The notes beneath the pieces were generated by a model that worked only from the letters and a program-made list of their open reading frames with translations, was not told the DNA's origin and searched no databases. The translations under genes and the position numbers were made by a program. From assembly GCA_036337435.1 (NCBI GenBank), contig JAYZEG010000095.1:33606-97605 (forward strand): a stretch of DNA of 64,000 bases. The letters run 5' to 3'. Numbering within the stretch: position 1 is the first letter of the stretch; the number at the start of each line of letters is the position of its first letter. Of this stretch, positions 49,438 to 59,357 are shown piece by piece. Origin of the DNA: Myxococcota bacterium. GTDB taxonomy: Bacteria; Myxococcota_A; Bradymonadia; UBA7976; UBA1532.

Positions 49438-49634
49438 GTGAAATTCCAATTTAGTCCCGGTAATCGTGTTGATTGAGGCTACAGCGGCCCAGCCGTCACG
49501 CCACTTAGAATTCAGCGACTGCCTGAGCACTTGCCAATCCGTTTCAATAGTGCATCTAATAACATTTCTGAGAAGTGGTTAATATGTTTGTTCAAAGATT
49601 TTCGCCTGTTATTTGGAAAAGGGGATAATTCGAA

Positions 49635-50075
49635 ATGAGTGACCAATCGGATGTGCAGATTATTGTCAGTAAGCTCTACGGGCCAAATGGGGACAACCTC
49701 GTTGGGCTGTCTGACGTCACTTTTGATGGGTTTCCTGCAATCACGTTGTCTGTTGAGACACCCGACGGTAGATGTGGCGATGTTCACCTGAGTCCAATCC
49801 ACGGTGATGCGCGTAAGGAAGGGTATACCAACATACCCGTAGGCACGCGGTGTCGCCTAAGCTGCCCCGTCTCAAAGCAGCCGTTAAAGAAGGTCGAAGA
49901 AATTGATGACGCTTTCGGAGCCGGTTATTTTGCGCTCTATCGAACCGCTGATTTAAGTGAAGCATCGGTGGTCATGATCTCTGACGTATGGGGTCACTAC
50001 CATTCTCGTGTCGTCGATAACTTTGAGCTCATATCAGCCTGGGGCGAGTTACATAAAGACCTGTCAAGCGAGTAA
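49635..50075 (+). CDS. Hypothetical protein
   Basis: 146-aa ORF in gene-free space with upstream AAGGGGA and globular composition. Confidence 0.7.
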   Translation: MSDQSDVQIIVSKLYGPNGDNLVGLSDVTFDGFPAITLSVETPDGRCGDVHLSPIHGDARKEGYTNIPVGTRCRLSCPVSKQPLKKVEEIDDAFGAGYFALYRTADLSEASVVMISDVWGHYHSRVVDNFELISAWGELHKDLSSE

Positions 50076-50360
50076 GGCAAAACCAAAAAAACGTCTGATT
50101 TGGACCTAATTCGTGGTCACCGTCAACGAGGGCGAGGTTCTGATGAGCAAAGTGAGAACCAGCTGGCACGAACGCCCAACCGGCCGTTGTCTGGTGGTGT
50201 CGTTTGCTGCCCACTCCATCTGTAGTCACCGCGAACAGAATGGCGGGTATGCGCCAGGGCAAGGGATGGTGAGCCTTTCTTTTGACGGCGAAGCCGACTG
50301 AAACAGAAACGCCGGTGAGCATCATGGGAACCGGTCGTTTTTTCGGAATGGGATGGAACG

Positions 50361-51920
50361 ATGTCTGAACCAACGGCTTATAGTCAGAAAAACGGTGTGA
50401 CCCGGCTGTTCCATCGGATTACTCAATCACTACAGGCTCACCACGACGATGTTTCCACTGCGCTCAATGAAAGCATCGGACATTTGGCCGCATACGGTTT
50501 CATTAGACCGACAGTCGGCATCCTTGACTCAATTCGAGATGAAATCCGCATTGAGTTTGCCCATGGCTTGACAGAAAAAGAAAAACGTCGAGCTCGTTTT
50601 CGTCGTGGTGATGGCATCGAGGGCTCGGTGCTCGCTCACGGTGAATCGGTCCTCGTCCCACGGATGTCTGAGCATCCGCACTTTGTCGACAAGTTTGGTG
50701 TTCGACATGCTGACCTTCAACAAGAGACAGCGTTCGCATGCATACCAATCTACGCTCTCAATCATGAGGTCATCGGCATTCTGACAAGCGACTTACCCGC
50801 CCTCAGTCCGAGACGTCTCAAGTGGGAAAGCCGGGTTTTGGAGACGGCAGCTCAGGTCATGAGCAGCGTCATCCGAATTTGGCGCGACCGTCTAGAAGAA
50901 GAGACAGCCTTCGATGACATGTCCCGTCGATTAAAGGTCAGACGGGTTTTACGACCTCGTAACCTAGTTGGTCGCAGCCGATTAATCGAGGAAACATTTC
51001 AGTTACTCGATCAGGTTGCTCCCTCCGAGTTACCCGTGTTGATTCGCGGAGAGAACGGAACGGGGAAGGAGGTTATCGCCAGTGCCATTCATGAAGCGGG
51101 CAGCCGGTCCAGAGAGGCGTTCATCAGCGTAAGTTGTGGTGCCTTGTCGGAAACCAGAATTGAAAGCGAGCTATTTGGCCACGCTCGCGGTGCGCTACCC
51201 GGTGCTCTACAAGACCGAAAAGGTCGTTTTGAAATGGCCAACGCTGGCACACTGTTCTTGGATGGGATCGGCGATTTACCGCCATCCATTCAAATGAAAA
51301 TTTTGCGTGTGGTCCAGGATGGTGAGCTCAATAGACTTGGTGAAGAACGCATTCGTCACGTCGATGTTCGTTTGATCGTCGCCACCAACGATGACCTGGC
51401 TGCGCGCGTATCTCGTGGGCAGTTTAGAGAGGATCTTTACTACAGACTAAACGTATTCCCTATTCACGTGCCTCCGTTACGTGAGCGGAAAACAGACATC
51501 ACACTCCTCGCTGACCATTTCGTCGAAAAACACGCTCGTCAGCAAGGAAAAGATGTGACCCGTATCAGTACACCGGCCATTGATTTGATGTGTGCCTACC
51601 ATTGGCCAGGCAATGTCCGAGAACTTGAAAACTGTATCGAGAGGGCGGTCTTGTTGGCACACGATGGCGTGATTCGGGGTCATCATCTACCCCCCACATT
51701 GCAGACAGGCTTGTCCTCTGGAACCACCAAGCAGGGGTCTTTAGACACCGTCGTACACGCCTTTGAACGAGAGGTTCTGATCGAAGCAATGAAGAACGCC
51801 CATGGAAACATGGCTGCTGCCGCAAGAGCTTTGGAAACAACGCCTCGGATTCTCGCATACAAACTCAAGAAACATCACCTTCATGAACGCCTCGCCTTGA
51901 GGCGAAGGCGGCCAGAATGA
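50361..51920 (+). CDS. NifA-like GAF-AAA+-HTH enhancer-binding protein with degenerate motifs
   Basis: GAF-like N-terminus, GENGTGKE, ESELFGH, GALPGA, LFLDG, FREDLYYRLNV, WPGNVREL, C-terminal HTH. Confidence 0.9.
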   Translation: MSEPTAYSQKNGVTRLFHRITQSLQAHHDDVSTALNESIGHLAAYGFIRPTVGILDSIRDEIRIEFAHGLTEKEKRRARFRRGDGIEGSVLAHGESVLVPRMSEHPHFVDKFGVRHADLQQETAFACIPIYALNHEVIGILTSDLPALSPRRLKWESRVLETAAQVMSSVIRIWRDRLEEETAFDDMSRRLKVRRVLRPRNLVGRSRLIEETFQLLDQVAPSELPVLIRGENGTGKEVIASAIHEAGSRSREAFISVSCGALSETRIESELFGHARGALPGALQDRKGRFEMANAGTLFLDGIGDLPPSIQMKILRVVQDGELNRLGEERIRHVDVRLIVATNDDLAARVSRGQFREDLYYRLNVFPIHVPPLRERKTDITLLADHFVEKHARQQGKDVTRISTPAIDLMCAYHWPGNVRELENCIERAVLLAHDGVIRGHHLPPTLQTGLSSGTTKQGSLDTVVHAFEREVLIEAMKNAHGNMAAAARALETTPRILAYKLKKHHLHERLALRRRRPE

Positions 51921-52321
51921 ATGGTGCCAGCCTCCTGAAAAACGGTCTCTTCTCGGCCTCCGTGCTGGCACTCATTGCGCTCCCAATTTGCGCACTCCTA
52001 TTCGGGTGTGGTTGTCGGCACCTGTTTGCCGGTGGCATACACCATTGCGAACTTTTACCGGGCACCGTAGCGGGAAAGCATACTTGCCCCTGGTGCGCCT
52101 TGACACGTCTGAGTCTCATCGGTGTGTTTGCGCCGACAGTGCTTGTGTCAACCATTTTTGGCGTATGGATGCGTTCGCGAATGGGCTTCGCTGCTGGTTA
52201 TTTTACCAGCGCGACCGCGTGCCTGGTCCTTCTGCTGGGAACAGGCCTTGTTATGGGCCGACTGTCGGGGTTTGAACCCCGACAGGACCGATTCTCACTC
52301 TGTGGCTGGGTCAGCGAATGA
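51917..52321 (+). CDS. Small membrane protein with Cys/His cluster
   Basis: Three hydrophobic segments; CALLFGCGCRH...HHC...HTCPWC; ATGA overlaps on both sides. Confidence 0.7.
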   Translation: MNGASLLKNGLFSASVLALIALPICALLFGCGCRHLFAGGIHHCELLPGTVAGKHTCPWCALTRLSLIGVFAPTVLVSTIFGVWMRSRMGFAAGYFTSATACLVLLLGTGLVMGRLSGFEPRQDRFSLCGWVSE

Positions 52322-53007
52322 ACTCTGTCACGAAGAAAACCATGGGTGTCGTGACCGGTCTCATTTTGCTTGCATTCGCAGCGAATTTAGTCCCTTTCGT
52401 CGACTGGATGATGACGTTGGTCAATTGGGTTCGAGCCTTGGGGACTCCAGGACTACTGATCTTTGCATTCATTTATTTTTTCGCTGGCCTATGTATGCTG
52501 CCAATGCTGCCCATCGGGATTTTAGCCGGGCTCAGCTTCGGCTTTTGGACATCATATGCGACATTGCTACCAGCTGCAGCGGCATCCGCCGTTGTAGCGA
52601 CGTTTTTAGGGCGGCACATTTTCAAACAAACGGTTTTAAACTTTGTGGAGACCAAACCCGCTTGGCGTGCGGTGAGGTCGTCGTTGGCCGGCCAAGGCAT
52701 CCGGGCTGTGGTCTTAAATCGTCTCGCACCGGTGATGCCCTTCGGTTTGCAAAACTATGCGTTAGGTGCCATTGGGATCGGGCTTAAAGAGCAATTTCTG
52801 GGCACAGTTTTGGGCATGCAGCCCGCATTGTGTGTGGCCTTATACATCGGGGCTGCCACGCAGACTCTCGCTGAAGCCAAGACGGTGCTCGGTCAGAGTA
52901 TGTTTGAGGGACCTCGCCTCTATTTGCTCTGTGCGGCGGGTCTTGCGCTCGTTGCTTTGACCATTTGGATCGGACGAATCGCCCGGCGGGCGTTGAAACA
53001 AGCGTAA
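52318..53007 (+). CDS. TVP38/TMEM64 (DedA/VTT) family membrane protein
   Basis: AGLSFG, FLGR, RLAPVMPFGLQNYALG, GMQP. Confidence 0.88.
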   Translation: MNSVTKKTMGVVTGLILLAFAANLVPFVDWMMTLVNWVRALGTPGLLIFAFIYFFAGLCMLPMLPIGILAGLSFGFWTSYATLLPAAAASAVVATFLGRHIFKQTVLNFVETKPAWRAVRSSLAGQGIRAVVLNRLAPVMPFGLQNYALGAIGIGLKEQFLGTVLGMQPALCVALYIGAATQTLAEAKTVLGQSMFEGPRLYLLCAAGLALVALTIWIGRIARRALKQA

Positions 53008-53035
53008 CCCATGGAGAGCAAAACGACTCTCTATC

Positions 53036-53917
53036 GTGCCCTCAGCGGTCGTCCGCTTGACGTATTTGTGCTCGGCACTGAAATGGACACCTGCCGTGTT
53101 CGGTAATCGAATTTTAGAAATGTATGCCGGTCTGATGTTGTGTTTTGCTGCGGTCGGCTGTTCCGATGCCGTCGATGGAGAGGTCGTCGAACTGGGTCCG
53201 GTGGTCGAGAGTGGTGGTCGCGGACCGTCTGCGACGCAACTCGGTGGAGACAGCGAGACCGTGGACCAGCCGGACTCCGTGCCCGCATTCGGCGACCCGG
53301 ATATTGCCGTCGAGGTTGACCTTGCTTTTGAAGACGTCGACAGTGGTGGACTCGATGTGCCGACTGACTCGAGTATCGGTTCATCCAAGGCCTGTCGCGA
53401 CACTGTTGACGCCGACGGGCTGTACAGCTTTCGTGCCCGGAGTCTGACCAGCGGCATGGACGTCTCCATGTGCGACTATTCGGGCGACGCCTTGCTGATT
53501 GTAAATACGGCTGCCAATTGTGGTTTTACGCCTCAGTACGTCGGGTTGGAGGGGTTGCATCGGCAGTATATCCACCGCCCACTCACCGTGCTTGGGTTTT
53601 TGAGTAATGACTTCGGCAATCAAGGGGGCAGTTTAGCTGAGGTTGAGGCGTGCACAGACCAATATATGGTCACCTTTGAGCAATTCCATCATGTCGGTGT
53701 CACATCGACATCACGGGATGGTCAGCACCCACTCTTTCAATGGCTAACGACGCAACCGGAACACGCAGGCGAAATTCCGTGGAATTTTACCAAGTTTCTC
53801 GTCAGTCATGATGGCCGTTTGCTCGGTCGATGGGATAATTTGACCACACCTGATGACCGAGCGTTTCAATCGGCTGTTGAATCGGCGGTGAGCCGTGCGG
53901 AACTTTGGCAGCGGTAG
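53036..53917 (+). CDS. Glutathione peroxidase family lipoprotein with acidic N-terminal linker (start possibly GTG 53096)
   Basis: Lipobox AVGC; VNTAANCGFTPQY, SNDFGNQ, WNFTKFL. Confidence 0.85.
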   Translation: MPSAVVRLTYLCSALKWTPAVFGNRILEMYAGLMLCFAAVGCSDAVDGEVVELGPVVESGGRGPSATQLGGDSETVDQPDSVPAFGDPDIAVEVDLAFEDVDSGGLDVPTDSSIGSSKACRDTVDADGLYSFRARSLTSGMDVSMCDYSGDALLIVNTAANCGFTPQYVGLEGLHRQYIHRPLTVLGFLSNDFGNQGGSLAEVEACTDQYMVTFEQFHHVGVTSTSRDGQHPLFQWLTTQPEHAGEIPWNFTKFLVSHDGRLLGRWDNLTTPDDRAFQSAVESAVSRAELWQR

Positions 53918-53967
53918 ACGATCCACAACATCGCAAATCGGCAAGCCATGCTGTAGACTGAAAGGCA

Positions 53968-55221
53968 ATGGCGACTCGGTGGAAAAATAGTGTAACAAGT
54001 TTGTCTTGGTCTTGGTTGGCAATGACGTGTTTTGTCTCCCTGGTGTCCGGAGGCTTTGGGGTCGTTTTTGCCGAACGACCCATGGTCTTCGTGACGACGA
54101 CGGCTGGCGCTGGAGACGGGATCAACGGTCTGGTCTGGCACCTCCGCGAGCAAGTCCACCAGTCAAACCAATTGGCCAGTCGCGATCCGGCGGGCCTTCT
54201 TGACGGTGCCGCCGACCAAAGTCTGACGTCGGCGACTCGTCTACTTCGCCGCGGCATTGCCGCTTTTTCGGCTTTTGAACTCGATGAGGCGGCCAGCAAG
54301 CTCGAGCAAGCGAGCTTGGTCTTGGCTGGCTGGAAGAGCCACCATGAGCAAGCGGTGCAAGCCTTGTCTCTCCTCGGTCAAACGTACGCGGCATTGGGTG
54401 AAACAGCCAGAAGAGATCGGGTTTGGCGAAGCTTGCTGACGCTGCGTCCTGATTATCGTATTCGGGACTCCAGTGTGTCGCCATCAACTCGGAAAAGTCT
54501 GAAACAGGCCCATCTTGATGTAAGGCGAGCGGCACGTAATGGACGGATTCAGGTTAGGCGCACGAGGAGAATGCCAACAGCCGTTTTTCTTAATGGCCGG
54601 TTTATGGGTATGGCCCCCCTCAAGTTGGAGGGACTCAGTCGGGTCACCCACCATGTTCGATTATCGAGTGACGGGTTTAAGCACGAAAATGCATTTATTG
54701 ATTTAAGTCATCGACGACGTGCCAAACTGACCTACACCGGAGCTTCAACGGCTCGCAGACAGCTGTACGCTCAGATACATCGGCAATTGCCGCGCCGTGT
54801 TTTTGGTGCCGAGTTTGAGGGCTTCTTAAGAGAATTGAAAGCACTCGTGGTCAGTGACCAGGCCATTCTTGTTAATCGGCATGACGGCCATTATGAGGCT
54901 GCTCTTTTCGATTTAAATCGTGAGCGTCGGGCGAGCCATATTCGGATTCCCATCGGAACCACCACCGCTCGAGCCGCGGCCATCTCGGTCTTTCGAGGTT
55001 TGTATGATCGCATTGACCTAGTCGCGCCAACAGCACCCCGTGCTCAGACAGTTTTACCTCAGCGCGACGCAGCCGATGGCACCGACACCAATTGGTGGCT
55101 CTGGGGTGGACTGACAGCTGGACTGGTCGCAGCCATCGTGATTCCAATCGCTGTCTGGCCGGATTCTAGTTCGGGCTTGGACCGAAAATCAGGTACCGGC
55201 GCCATCATTTTTCGCTATTGA
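53968..55221 (+). CDS. PEGA-domain secreted or membrane-anchored protein
   Basis: Signal peptide; TPR-like helices; VFLNGRFMGMAPL PEGA-like segment; WWLWGG hydrophobic tail. Confidence 0.72.
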   Translation: MATRWKNSVTSLSWSWLAMTCFVSLVSGGFGVVFAERPMVFVTTTAGAGDGINGLVWHLREQVHQSNQLASRDPAGLLDGAADQSLTSATRLLRRGIAAFSAFELDEAASKLEQASLVLAGWKSHHEQAVQALSLLGQTYAALGETARRDRVWRSLLTLRPDYRIRDSSVSPSTRKSLKQAHLDVRRAARNGRIQVRRTRRMPTAVFLNGRFMGMAPLKLEGLSRVTHHVRLSSDGFKHENAFIDLSHRRRAKLTYTGASTARRQLYAQIHRQLPRRVFGAEFEGFLRELKALVVSDQAILVNRHDGHYEAALFDLNRERRASHIRIPIGTTTARAAAISVFRGLYDRIDLVAPTAPRAQTVLPQRDAADGTDTNWWLWGGLTAGLVAAIVIPIAVWPDSSSGLDRKSGTGAIIFRY

Positions 55222-57613
55222 AACGCGCTTTTCTGTAAATACAGACGAGTTCCTTGCCGGTTGCGACATGGACGTTGAAAGACCCTTTGAAAACCGGGGG
55301 CGTTTGGCGTTCCAATAGGACTGAGTGGTAACCGGGAGCGACGCGCTTTTTGACGATTGGTGCCCAGCCCAATTCAGCACCATCAATAAATACTCGAGAT
55401 TTTGGTCTCGAATCTACGCTCAAAGCCGTCAAAGAGCTATCACGAACTCGACAGAAGGATGGGTTTCTGTAGGTCGTTTTTCGGTTTTTCGAGTCTTGAG
55501 CCGATGCTTTAGCTCCATGGCTTTTTGAACGCGTCTGCCCTCGACCCGATGGCCAATTTTTTTGAGAACGAGGCTTGGGCTTTACTTCGAGTGCGACAAT
55601 TTCTTCATGACGTAGGGTGAAAACCTTTGGTTGTAACCGTTCCAGGGTTTGATACCCAGGAGCCGACACGCGAATGCTGAGTTGACCTGTGTTCGGGATA
55701 CCCGGGACCGTTTGGGGCGATTGACCCAGAGTCCGCCATGGTTCATTGGCATTTTTGACTGCAATCGTTGCTTCGGATGGTTCAGCGACGAAGATCAGCG
55801 TGACCGTCTCGGGGTAGAGTCGAATGGGGTCGATCCGAGCCGATGTTCCTTCCGCAATATTGATGGACCCCTGATACGGGCTGTAGCCGCTTTTCTCTAG
55901 CCGCAATTGACGCTTGCCCGGGGTAATGTCGGGTATTTTTGCTGGTGTCTCATCGATTTTCTGCCCATCGATGTAGACCATCGCACCAGCGGGGAGCGTT
56001 GTCAGCGTTAAGCTGGTTTTCGGTCTATCTGATTCTAAAGACAAGCGAATGGGTTTTTGTACGCCGGGTTCAATGACGACACTTTTGCTTACACCCAGAA
56101 AACCTTTGGCTTGAATCGATAGCGCGTGCCGACCAGGTGTAAGTTTGTCGATGACAATGGGAACCTGACCTTCGTGCCTGAGTCGCCCATTGATATAGAG
56201 CTGGACTGAATTGGTATTGGTCTCTAAGCGGAGGGAGCCTGGTGTGAGCTCATCGATTTCTCGCATCACCGTGAGCAGGCCAGCGACGATAGCCAAGACG
56301 GTCACGATGAGCAGCCATGCCAGCCGTCGACCTGTGTCAACTTTGACCGGTTTTCGTTTTGGACGGAGCTCGACGTCGGATGACAGCGGCTCTACATTCC
56401 TCGGGATCGTTGCAGCATCGCTCGGGTAGCCGCCGGAGTCAGTATCTGGCGGGAGCCGCTTGAGTCTGGGTTGGCTTTGTTCGGTCGTTCTGTCTAGGAG
56501 CGATATATCTCGGTCTGTGTCCGTATCTGAATCGGAGAGAACTAACTCGGACACGTCGAGTTCGACTGAATCGACCAGCGAGTCCATCGACAGGTCTTCT
56601 TCCGGAATGGTTCCATCTCGTGTGGCCGCGATGATGTTTTCCTTCGCATAGCGTCGAAAACTTGCCATGTCTTCATTTTCAGCATTGAGTTCGCGCGCGA
56701 ACGTTTCCTTCATGAACTGGGATAGGTCTTTTCGAGAATAAAACGACCCGGATTGGTAGAGATACTTCTGAAGGGCATCTTGGAACTCTGCGGCAGATTG
56801 AAACCGGTCCGTCGGATTTCGAGTCAGACCACGATAAATAATTCGCTCTAGTTCTGGTGGAATCGCACGATTGAGCAATGTGGGTCTTTTGAAGTCGACC
56901 TTTCGTACTTTTTCAAGTGTGGAGAAATCGTCCACCCCTTGGAAACATCGTTCCAAGGTCAGAAGTTCGTAGAGCACGGTTGCAAGACTAAACAAATCGG
57001 AACGCCCATCGATCGGCTTACCCCGCACTTGTTCAGGACTCATATAGCCGAACTTACCTTTGAGGATTCCCGACTGAGTCTTATTTGCCTTTCCTGCGGC
57101 TTTGGCGATCCCAAAGTCGATCAGCTTCACTTCGCCTTCATAGCTTATGAGAATGTTCTGGGGCGAGACATCGCGATGGATAAGGTTGAGAGGGTCGCCA
57201 ACCTCGTTCCGCTTATTGTGGGCATATTCCAGTGCCTCGCATACTTCCTTGACGATATGACAACACATGGAGATATCGAGTCTCTCACCGCGGGATCGCA
57301 TCCGATCAAACACCGCACGTGAATCTTTTCCAGACACGAACTCCATTGCGATGAAGTAGGAGTCTTCCGCATTACCCAGTTCAAAGACTTGACCAATGTT
57401 TGCATGAGATAGTTGAACCGCGATTTTTGCTTCATCGATGAACATATCGATGAACTCTTGGTCTTCGGCGATTTGGGGCAAGACGCGCTTGACTGCAAAA
57501 ACACGCTCGAAGGCCTCGACACCGTAGGAGGCCGCCCTGAAAACCTCAGCCATACCACCGACAGCAATTCGCTGAAAAAGGTAGTAATCACCGAATTTAA
57601 CCGGTCGCTTCAA
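55205..57613 (-). CDS. Hanks-type Ser/Thr protein kinase with TM helix and extracytoplasmic PEGA repeats
   Basis: GGMAEV, AVKR, HRDVSPQN, DFG, YMSPEQ; TM helix; YIDGQ/FIDG PEGA units; probable TTG start 57613 after GGAG. Confidence 0.93.
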   Translation of the reverse strand: MKRPVKFGDYYLFQRIAVGGMAEVFRAASYGVEAFERVFAVKRVLPQIAEDQEFIDMFIDEAKIAVQLSHANIGQVFELGNAEDSYFIAMEFVSGKDSRAVFDRMRSRGERLDISMCCHIVKEVCEALEYAHNKRNEVGDPLNLIHRDVSPQNILISYEGEVKLIDFGIAKAAGKANKTQSGILKGKFGYMSPEQVRGKPIDGRSDLFSLATVLYELLTLERCFQGVDDFSTLEKVRKVDFKRPTLLNRAIPPELERIIYRGLTRNPTDRFQSAAEFQDALQKYLYQSGSFYSRKDLSQFMKETFARELNAENEDMASFRRYAKENIIAATRDGTIPEEDLSMDSLVDSVELDVSELVLSDSDTDTDRDISLLDRTTEQSQPRLKRLPPDTDSGGYPSDAATIPRNVEPLSSDVELRPKRKPVKVDTGRRLAWLLIVTVLAIVAGLLTVMREIDELTPGSLRLETNTNSVQLYINGRLRHEGQVPIVIDKLTPGRHALSIQAKGFLGVSKSVVIEPGVQKPIRLSLESDRPKTSLTLTTLPAGAMVYIDGQKIDETPAKIPDITPGKRQLRLEKSGYSPYQGSINIAEGTSARIDPIRLYPETVTLIFVAEPSEATIAVKNANEPWRTLGQSPQTVPGIPNTGQLSIRVSAPGYQTLERLQPKVFTLRHEEIVALEVKPKPRSQKNWPSGRGQTRSKSHGAKASAQDSKNRKTTYRNPSFCRVRDSSLTALSVDSRPKSRVFIDGAELGWAPIVKKRVAPGYHSVLLERQTPPVFKGSFNVHVATGKELVCIYRKARFNSEK

Positions 57614-57755
57614 GTACGTTGTCTCCACCAATTGGCAAAGCGGTCTGGCTTTAATCTACACAAGAATGAAACGAATCGCGCTGCTGAAATAGCCTAAGTC
57701 AAGGCCAGTTGTGAGTCAAACTGGGGACGATTAATTATCGGAAAATGGCCATTGT

Positions 57756-59357
57756 CTATTCTGTCAGTGCCGCGGCGGGTTCTTGTCTTGCAGCTGTGTT
57801 CGCTGGGAAAAAAGCACCGATTAGGCAAAAGCAAATCGCAATGCCGATAGCGGTTGGCCACACCCAGGGTGGGAATGAGAAGAATGTATCTGGTTTGTAT
57901 GGAAACTCAGGTGCTTGCTTCGCCAGAAAGTCGACCAATCGCGATGCACCGTAGCCAACGCCTGCTCCGAGCACGCCACCGAGTGCACCAATGGTACCCG
58001 CTTCCCCAAGTATGATTAGCCTAACATCCCTTTTACTCCCGCCCAATGCTCGAAATAGGCCTAGTTCCCGCTTTCGTTGATAGATAAGCATAAAGAACAT
58101 CTGACTGATGTTGACTGCGGCAATCCCAACAATCACCAGGCTGATGAGTGCAAATACGCTCTCAACTGTCCTGAGAATATTGGATGCTTGCTCAGCTCGA
58201 GTCGTGCTTTCGGCCAACGAAAAACCCTTTTTCTCTACGGCTTTTACGATGGCAGGTACGCGGGTTTGGTCAGAGACTTTCAGGATCATTGAATGGTAAG
58301 TCAAAGCAGCTTCTTGACCACTGAATCGGGCGTTTAATCGTTTGACATAATCGATGGGGATCGTAATGCCCAGGGTGATGGCTTTTTTGCTAAACCCTGA
58401 CAATTTGATGCGGCGTGTGATCGGCTTTGCCCGCCGTGTTGTAAACCGTCGGCCTAACATGGACTTGCCAAAGGTTACATTGAGTTGAAAACCCCGGACC
58501 ATAGACTTGGAGAGTGTTGGCATTTTCGCCGAGGTTCCGCCCTGGCCACCGAGAGCCGTCGCAAGACTTCCGTTATACAACTCGAGTAGATGGTGGCTGA
58601 CGACAAATGGGATGGGCATTTCACAGAGTTGGGTATCCTCAGTACAGTAGCTCTCCCCAGCACAAGACGAGAGACGAGTCGCCTCGCTGTACTCACAGCG
58701 ATCTCGCCTGCAGATGCCTTGGTCGCAGGAACGACCAGACTGACAGTCTGCCGCCTCTGTGCACGCAAAAACACACGCCCCCTCCACACAACTCAGTCCA
58801 TCGCTGCATTGTGTATTGTCCGCACAGCGAGGCCGACATCGGCCGAATTGGCATGTGCCAGTACGGCATTGGTTATCGTCTCGACAGCTCGCCCGCACGT
58901 CACTCAAATCACCATCGTGATCAACGAACCCATCTTGTGAGTCTGATGCATCCGAGCGAACTAAACTGGCGTCAATGCCGTCGGCAATAATTTCCGCGTA
59001 TAGATTTTTTTTGAAAAGCGATTTTCCGCCGTAGCCGCGGGTCGGAAAGGTGAATTTCATTTTTGGGTACACAGCCTCGATGGATTCCATTTTACGAAAT
59101 TCATCGGCGACTGAATCATCAAGTGGTCGTCCCCCACCGAATTGTCCGAAGCCTGTATCGAACGTTTTCGGAACCAGTTCCACTTGGTCGATGATGAAAA
59201 CTTCACCCAAGATGACGTTCTTGACCCCTTCCGCAAGCCCGATGAAAAAGACGAAGGTGGATATGCCGACGATGATACCGAAGCAACTCATCACGAGGTT
59301 TTTTTTAGACCGGCTGACGTTTTGTCTGACGAGCGAGATGAGTGCGGGCAGTTTCAT
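57756..59357 (-). CDS. MacB/FtsX-type ABC permease with Cys-rich periplasmic insertion
   Basis: GIIVGI TM1, RKRELGLFRALG, FFPANTAARQEPAAAL; 16 Cys at 58623-58886. Confidence 0.87.
   Translation of the reverse strand: MKLPALISLVRQNVSRSKKNLVMSCFGIIVGISTFVFFIGLAEGVKNVILGEVFIIDQVELVPKTFDTGFGQFGGGRPLDDSVADEFRKMESIEAVYPKMKFTFPTRGYGGKSLFKKNLYAEIIADGIDASLVRSDASDSQDGFVDHDGDLSDVRASCRDDNQCRTGTCQFGRCRPRCADNTQCSDGLSCVEGACVFACTEAADCQSGRSCDQGICRRDRCEYSEATRLSSCAGESYCTEDTQLCEMPIPFVVSHHLLELYNGSLATALGGQGGTSAKMPTLSKSMVRGFQLNVTFGKSMLGRRFTTRRAKPITRRIKLSGFSKKAITLGITIPIDYVKRLNARFSGQEAALTYHSMILKVSDQTRVPAIVKAVEKKGFSLAESTTRAEQASNILRTVESVFALISLVIVGIAAVNISQMFFMLIYQRKRELGLFRALGGSKRDVRLIILGEAGTIGALGGVLGAGVGYGASRLVDFLAKQAPEFPYKPDTFFSFPPWVWPTAIGIAICFCLIGAFFPANTAARQEPAAALTE

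Noticed and set aside
50113..50301. 62-aa ORF upstream of the NifA-like gene
   Set aside because: Short, with no recognisable features; cannot be supported
53516..53524. Possible selenocysteine in the glutathione peroxidase (and MsrB)
   Set aside because: Active-site codons are ordinary Cys (TGT/TGC), so they give no support for Sec use
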